DNA from: Myxococcales bacterium
Lineage (GTDB): Bacteria; Myxococcota_A; Polyangia; Polyangiales; Polyangiaceae
Assembly (NCBI GenBank): GCA_043747615.1
Contig: JAYTOU010000052.1
Location: forward strand, 26,938 to 90,937
Length of the DNA stretch: 64,000 bases
Reading direction: 5' to 3'
In this document: in pieces, positions 58,990 through 64,000 of the stretch
Position numbering within the stretch: the first letter of the stretch is position 1
Layout of the letters: each line of letters begins with the position of its first letter
Translations under genes and position numbers: made by a program
Notes under the pieces: generated by a model
Seen by the model: only the letters and a program-made list of their open reading frames with translations
Databases searched by the model: none
Told to the model about the DNA's origin: nothing

Positions 58990-61056
58990 ATGCCCCGTAC
59001 CGTTCACGTGTTTGCAGGCCTCGTTCTCGCGGTGGGCGCCGGCCTCGCGGCGTGTGGGTCGGACGGCGGCTCGGGGGTCGGAGATGCAACGCCCGACAGC
59101 GGGATCATCAACGGCGACGGCGGGATCTTCGGGGACGGTAACCCGTTCAACGCCGACGACACGAAGCGCATCTTCTTCGAGCCGGCGACGGCGACGGTGA
59201 CCATCGATGGCACCGGGCCGAAAGCCGCAAGCTACATCCTGAAGGCCGAGCACAAGGACGGCAGCATCACCATGGTGAGCGCCGACTCCATCCAGTTCGA
59301 TCGCCCGGACCTGGCGAAGCTCACTCCGGGAAACCCGGTGGTGGCCACCGCAGCCGGTCCTTTTGCGGGGGTCGGAAAGATTCATGCACTCTACAAGGGT
59401 CTCGAAGCGATCGGCCAATTGCGGGTGATCTTGCAGATCGAGTACGTCCAGCCGGGCGTCGATCCCGCCGCCGTCGCCGCGCTCAAAGGGGCCTCCCTCC
59501 CCGCCGATCCGAGCGTGACCGCGTTGCTTTATCCATACGACGCGACGGTCTTCCCGCTCGGTCTGAGCTCACCGTTGATGATGTGGAACGCACCGCAGGC
59601 GAACGATGTGTACCGAGTCCACTACGACGAGACGAACTACTCCTACGACGGCTATTACAAAGTCGGAGCGCTGGGTCAGCAGCGCGTCGATCAGGCTGCG
59701 TGGGATCGGGTCACCGCGTCGAACGACGGCTCACCGCTTCACATGAAGCTCTCTCGCTACAACGCCGCGACCACGACGGCCTACTCATCAACGGCGCAGT
59801 CATGGACGATCGCCCCGGCGAGCTTGCGCGGCGCCATCTACTACTGGACGACCAGCGCGGGTGGCCACCTGTCGAAAATCCAGCCGGGCACCGGAGCCGC
59901 ACCGATCCCGATCAACGGTGGGCAGTGCATGGGCTGCCACGCGGTCAGCGCCGACGGAACGACCCTCGTCGCCGCCGTCGAGAACGGGGCCGTCAATCGA
60001 TCGTGGGTCTCGTTCAATCTCCCGGGCGTGAGCACCGACGGAGGCGCGCCTCCCGTTGCGTCGGTTCGCATCGACAGCGCACAGTTTGGGGCCAACATCG
60101 CCGCCAATCCGAACGGCAAGTACGTCGTCTACGGCACCAATCCGCTTCTTCTCGGAAATGCCGCGACCGGCGCGAACATCATTGGAAGCGGCCTCGAAGG
60201 CATGGCCCTGGATACCGGAATGGCCACGTACGCGCATCCCGCGTTCTCGCCGGACGGCAAGCATCTCGCCGCCGTTCAGTCCTCAGGCAATTGGGTCAAT
60301 TGGCAAGCGAGCAAGCTCTCGATGATGGACTTCGACGAGGGCACGCTGAAGTTCTCGAACTTGAAGGGGCTCGTTCCCTCGACCTCTCCGCTCTTCTCTG
60401 GCGGACAACACGCCATCGCCTACCCGAGCTTCACGCCCGATTCGCAAAACCTCGCGTTCCACGTGGCCGACCAGGCCACAGGCTGCAATCCGAACGGATG
60501 CGATGCGAACACCCCCGGTGTCAGCTCCATCTGGCTGCAAAAGACCTCCGGCGCGGATCCGATTCGGCTCACGGCGCTCGACGACTCGTCACTCAAGCCC
60601 GCCGACGACAACCTCGCCTTCGAGCCCACGTTCAATCCGGTCGAGCGCGGCGGCTACCACTGGGTGGTCTTCACCAGCACGCGCGACTGGGGCAACGCGC
60701 CCGAGGTGAGCGGCGCTGCCGTCAACGGAAAGAAGCGGCTGTGGGTCGCAGCTATCGACAAGGTCACCGGAGCGACGGATCCCAGCCATCCCGCCTTCTT
60801 CTTGGAAGGTCAGGAAATCACCACCATGAACATGCGCGGCTTCTGGGCCCTCGCAGCGTGTACGCCTACCGCGGGCGGTGGCGCGTGCTCCGGCGGCTTC
60901 GAGTGCTGCTCGGGCTTCTGCGACCAAGGCGTGTGCATCGACGTCAGCCAGGTCACCTGCAAGGCGACGGGCGAGAGCTGCACCATGTCATCGGACTGCT
61001 GCAACAATCCGTCGGTGCAATGCCAGGGCGGGATCTGCAAATCGCCGCTGCGCTGA
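58990..61056 (+). CDS. Large lipoprotein: Ig-like domain, TolB/PD40-like propeller and Cys-rich tail
   Basis: AGGAG SD; lipobox LAAC; HPAFSPDG, YPSFTPDS, WVVFTSTR; CMGCH; two six-Cys terminal units. Confidence 0.85.
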   Translation: MPRTVHVFAGLVLAVGAGLAACGSDGGSGVGDATPDSGIINGDGGIFGDGNPFNADDTKRIFFEPATATVTIDGTGPKAASYILKAEHKDGSITMVSADSIQFDRPDLAKLTPGNPVVATAAGPFAGVGKIHALYKGLEAIGQLRVILQIEYVQPGVDPAAVAALKGASLPADPSVTALLYPYDATVFPLGLSSPLMMWNAPQANDVYRVHYDETNYSYDGYYKVGALGQQRVDQAAWDRVTASNDGSPLHMKLSRYNAATTTAYSSTAQSWTIAPASLRGAIYYWTTSAGGHLSKIQPGTGAAPIPINGGQCMGCHAVSADGTTLVAAVENGAVNRSWVSFNLPGVSTDGGAPPVASVRIDSAQFGANIAANPNGKYVVYGTNPLLLGNAATGANIIGSGLEGMALDTGMATYAHPAFSPDGKHLAAVQSSGNWVNWQASKLSMMDFDEGTLKFSNLKGLVPSTSPLFSGGQHAIAYPSFTPDSQNLAFHVADQATGCNPNGCDANTPGVSSIWLQKTSGADPIRLTALDDSSLKPADDNLAFEPTFNPVERGGYHWVVFTSTRDWGNAPEVSGAAVNGKKRLWVAAIDKVTGATDPSHPAFFLEGQEITTMNMRGFWALAACTPTAGGGACSGGFECCSGFCDQGVCIDVSQVTCKATGESCTMSSDCCNNPSVQCQGGICKSPLR

Positions 61057-61087
61057 GCCTCGCCTCGCGCGCCGCGTTTTAGCGAAC

Positions 61088-62212
61088 CTAACGCGCCAAG
61101 AAAAACTTCATGAGCACGACGGCGACCGCTGCTCCAACGAAGAGGCAACCGAGGGCAACGCCCCCGAGGAGAAGGAGCGGGCTCTTTCGCTTGCCGCGCG
61201 GGGCAGACATCAACGGCGTCGAGACCGCGGCGAGGGACGTCGACGCTGGCGCCGAGCCTCCTGTACCAGGCACCGGAGTCGCAGTCGGAGGGGCTGCGGC
61301 CGGCACGCTCGATAGGTTGTCTGGCAGCTCGGTCTGACCGTTGAGCACGGCCTGGAGTGCGCTCGCAAAATCGGCGGCCGAGTTGAAACGCGTCTCCGGC
61401 TTCTTGGCGAGAGCGCGCTCCATGATCTGATCGAGGAGCGGAGGAAACGTCTTTCCCGAAACACGCTCGCTCAGCGGGATCGGCTTCCCCGTAACGTGGA
61501 GCTGCAGGAAATCCATGGCGTTCTTCGCATCGAACGGAAGCTTCCCGGTGAGCGCTTCGTAAAGAATGACCGCGAGCGAATAAATGTCGCTGCCGGGCGT
61601 GAGCGACTTTCCTTGGGCCTGCTCCGGGCTCATGAACTCCGGCGTTCCGAAGACCATCCCCTCCTGGGTGAGGATGAGAGAGCCCGGACGCATCTCGCGC
61701 TCCGTCACCTTGGCGAGCCCGAAATCAAGGACCTTCGCGTAGTCCTTCATCCCTCCCTGCTCGCAGAGGAAAATATTTTCCGGCTTGAGGTCGCGATGGA
61801 TGATGCCCGCGCGGTGGGCCTCTTCGAGCGCGCCGCACACCTGGATGAGGATCGGCAAGGCACGCTCCAACGGCAACGCACCTTCGGCGCGCACCGTCTG
61901 GTTCATGTTCTTCCCGTCGAGAAACTCCATCACGATGTAGAGCGAGCCGTCTTCGAGCTCTCCGTAGAGGAAGACCTTCACTGTGTTCGGATGAGTGAGG
62001 TGGCTCATCGCGCGCGCCTCTCGGCGGAAGCGCGAGACGAGATCCTTGCGGTTCGCGAGCTTTGGATGGAGGATCTTGACCCCCACCATGCGGTTCATCT
62101 CCGGCTGGAGCGCTTTGTAGACGGACCCCATTCCGCCGGTGCCAATCTTCTGCAAGATCTGAAATTGCCCATTCAGGATATCTCGGCCGATGAACGGGTC
62201 CTGCGGACGCAT
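61088..62212 (-). CDS. Hanks-type Ser/Thr protein kinase with C-terminal TM anchor
   Basis: IGTGGMGSV, VGVK, HRDLKPEN, DFG, GTPEFMSPEQ. Confidence 0.96.
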   Translation of the reverse strand: MRPQDPFIGRDILNGQFQILQKIGTGGMGSVYKALQPEMNRMVGVKILHPKLANRKDLVSRFRREARAMSHLTHPNTVKVFLYGELEDGSLYIVMEFLDGKNMNQTVRAEGALPLERALPILIQVCGALEEAHRAGIIHRDLKPENIFLCEQGGMKDYAKVLDFGLAKVTEREMRPGSLILTQEGMVFGTPEFMSPEQAQGKSLTPGSDIYSLAVILYEALTGKLPFDAKNAMDFLQLHVTGKPIPLSERVSGKTFPPLLDQIMERALAKKPETRFNSAADFASALQAVLNGQTELPDNLSSVPAAAPPTATPVPGTGGSAPASTSLAAVSTPLMSAPRGKRKSPLLLLGGVALGCLFVGAAVAVVLMKFFLAR

Positions 62213-62260
62213 CGGGACTCACACTATCTGAAAACCGGGATCTCCTCTCTCAACTCTTGA

Positions 62261-63013
62261 ATGACCTTGTTGCTCACCAGCCCACTCCTCGAATCTGCGG
62301 GGTTTTCCCATGGATTTTCTACCCGCCAGGTAGATCTGCAGCTCGGATGCGGGGGCTACGAGGACAACCTCGCCCGCTTCGCGGCCGCAGCGCGGTTCGA
62401 CCCTCGGGCCTTGCGCCAGACCCGTCAGGTGCACGGCGCGCGAGTGATCGACGCCGCGGGGTACGCGCCCGGTGCCCTGGAAGAAGCCGATGCGCTCGTC
62501 TGCGGCGGGGCGTCGGTGGTCGGCGTTCGGGTAGCCGACTGCGTCCCCATTCTCGTCGCTGAACGGACCACGAGGCGCGTCGCGGCGATCCACGCCGGCT
62601 GGCGCGGTGCTGTAGCAGGGGTCATCGCCGCGGGGATCCAGGCCCTTCACGCGCCGCCGGGGGCCAGGGTCATCGCGGCCATCGGGCCCTGCATCGGTCC
62701 CTGCTGCTTCGAGGTGGGAAACGACGTGGCCGACAGCATTGCCCGCGCTGCCGGAGACGACGCCGTCGTCGCGCGTACGAGCGGAGAAAAAAGCTTCGTA
62801 GATCTCCGCAGGGCCACGCGCCTCATGCTCGTTCGCGCCGGAGTTTCGAACGTCGCTATTGAAGATGTTGCAGGATGCACGCGATGCGAAAAAGACCTAT
62901 TTTTCTCGTATCGTCGCGAAGGCGCCGGGGGAGGACGTCACCTTGCAGCCATCGCTGCTGGCGCTCGTTCCAACGGGAACGGTCAGTTCAGTCCGGTCCG
63001 GACCTTGACGTAG
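62261..63013 (+). CDS. pgeF: YfiH/PgeF family (peptidoglycan editing factor / purine nucleoside enzyme)
   Basis: HGFSTR, QVHG, ADCVP, HAGWRG, IGPCCFEVG, FSYRR. Confidence 0.92.
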   Translation: MTLLLTSPLLESAGFSHGFSTRQVDLQLGCGGYEDNLARFAAAARFDPRALRQTRQVHGARVIDAAGYAPGALEEADALVCGGASVVGVRVADCVPILVAERTTRRVAAIHAGWRGAVAGVIAAGIQALHAPPGARVIAAIGPCIGPCCFEVGNDVADSIARAAGDDAVVARTSGEKSFVDLRRATRLMLVRAGVSNVAIEDVAGCTRCEKDLFFSYRREGAGGGRHLAAIAAGARSNGNGQFSPVRTLT

Positions 63014-63537
63014 CGGGCCGTTACTTTGCCGAGGTCCTTGGCGGCGACGCGCACCCGCGATCCGCTCGCGAAGCCAGTCGCCATTGAGTTGATCGTGAAC
63101 TCGTCGACGACGGCGTTCTGCTCGTTCAGGATCTGAACGTTGATTCGAACCTCGGCCGGGTGGGAAGCGATGCCGATGTAGAACCCCGGCTCGATGAACG
63201 TGATGTGCGGACGCACCGTGAACGCACCCGCGGGAGAAGGGGCCACCCCGACGGCGTCGCGCGCGTCCGAGTAGCCGTTCGCAAACTCCGCAGCCATGGC
63301 GTCTTTGTCGGCCTTCCAGCTCGCCTGCTGCTCGGCGGATTTCGTAGCTTGGTAGTCGTCCTCGTTTTTTCCGCCAACGATCAGGTGCTCGAAGTGGAGC
63401 GGCTCCACGAAGAACTTGCTGCTCGCGCTCATGGGATTCGGGCTGGCTTGAGACACGATCTGCCAGCGCGGACCGCAGCCGATGAGCACGAAAGCGAGCA
63501 CTGACGAGGCGAGGAGAGCGAAGAGGTGCTTGGCCAT
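62983..63537 (-). CDS. Hypothetical lipoprotein
   Basis: Lipobox LIGC; alpha/beta domain; 31-nt convergent overlap with pgeF. Confidence 0.72.
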   Translation of the reverse strand: MAKHLFALLASSVLAFVLIGCGPRWQIVSQASPNPMSASSKFFVEPLHFEHLIVGGKNEDDYQATKSAEQQASWKADKDAMAAEFANGYSDARDAVGVAPSPAGAFTVRPHITFIEPGFYIGIASHPAEVRINVQILNEQNAVVDEFTINSMATGFASGSRVRVAAKDLGKVTARYVKVRTGLN

Positions 63538-63547
63538 GCGCCGGAGA

Positions 63548-64000
63548 TTACTTGAACTGCACTCCTTCGTCTCCGAACCTTCTTTTCATCGTGGCGATGG
63601 CCTCGGGGTTCTCGTCCACCAGGAGGAATCTGCGCCCCTCGCGTTTCGCAGCTTCGCCTGTCGTGCCGCTCCCCGCGAAAAAATCGAGGACCAGACCGTC
63701 CTTCGGACACGAGGCCAGAACGATGCGGGTGAGAATTCCGAGCGGCTTCTGGGTGGGGTAGCCGAGCTTTTCTTTTCCGGTGGGACTGACGATGGTGTGC
63801 CACCAGGTGTCGGTGGGAAGCTTTCCGCGCGCGGCTTTTTCGGGCCCGACGAGCCCTGGCGCCATGTACGGAATGCGATCGATGCTCTCCACGTCGAAGA
63901 AATATTTTTCCGGATCTTTGGCGTAGAGCAAAATGTTGTCGTGCTTGGCGGGCCATTTTTTCTTGGTCCGCGCGCCGTAGTCGTAGGCCCAGATGATCTC
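63548..64000 (-). CDS. Site-specific DNA methyltransferase (5'-truncated by the window edge)
   Basis: Frame open to 64000: EIIWAYDYG...KHDNILLY, GYPTQKP, VLDFFAGSGTT. Confidence 0.9.
   Translation of the reverse strand, partial: EIIWAYDYGARTKKKWPAKHDNILLYAKDPEKYFFDVESIDRIPYMAPGLVGPEKAARGKLPTDTWWHTIVSPTGKEKLGYPTQKPLGILTRIVLASCPKDGLVLDFFAGSGTTGEAAKREGRRFLLVDENPEAIATMKRRFGDEGVQFK

Noticed and set aside
1..64000. CRISPR arrays, tRNA/rRNA, IS elements, prophage, retron or canonical defence islands
   Set aside because: No spaced direct repeats, RNA gene signatures, transposase, integrase, reverse transcriptase or phage structural gene cluster seen by eye

Overview
GC-rich, gene-dense bacterial chromosome segment with about 60 CDS. 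I saw no rRNA, tRNA, CRISPR array, transposase or integrase. Three Ser/Thr kinases, many Cys-rich lipoproteins with Asp/Gly/Ala linkers, and PEGA, RCC1, Kelch and TolB-like repeat proteins point to a myxobacterium, probably Polyangiaceae/Sorangiineae-like (inference, no search run). Housekeeping genes (ybeY, tal, rnr, trpS, glmS, ald, pyrD, trmL, rnc, speA, mrcA, pgeF) are interspersed with lineage-specific envelope genes. Best leads: (1) a translationally coupled PBP1A / FG-GAP protein / orphan Tat-exported family-5 binding protein / histidine kinase operon, a candidate cell-wall sensing system; (2) a fusion of two phage-baseplate-chaperone-like CxxC repeats to a zincin peptidase and a membrane anchor; (3) a TraB-like OmpA protein coupled to a Cys-repeat lipoprotein; (4) a P460-type cytochrome and a CxxCH-bearing TolB-like lipoprotein with knottin-like tails; (5) a di-iron enzyme/TetR pair with a visible operator; (6) many apparently leaderless genes and overlapping bidirectional -10 elements; (7) two apparently orphan DNA methyltransferases. 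All family calls come from reading motifs by eye.
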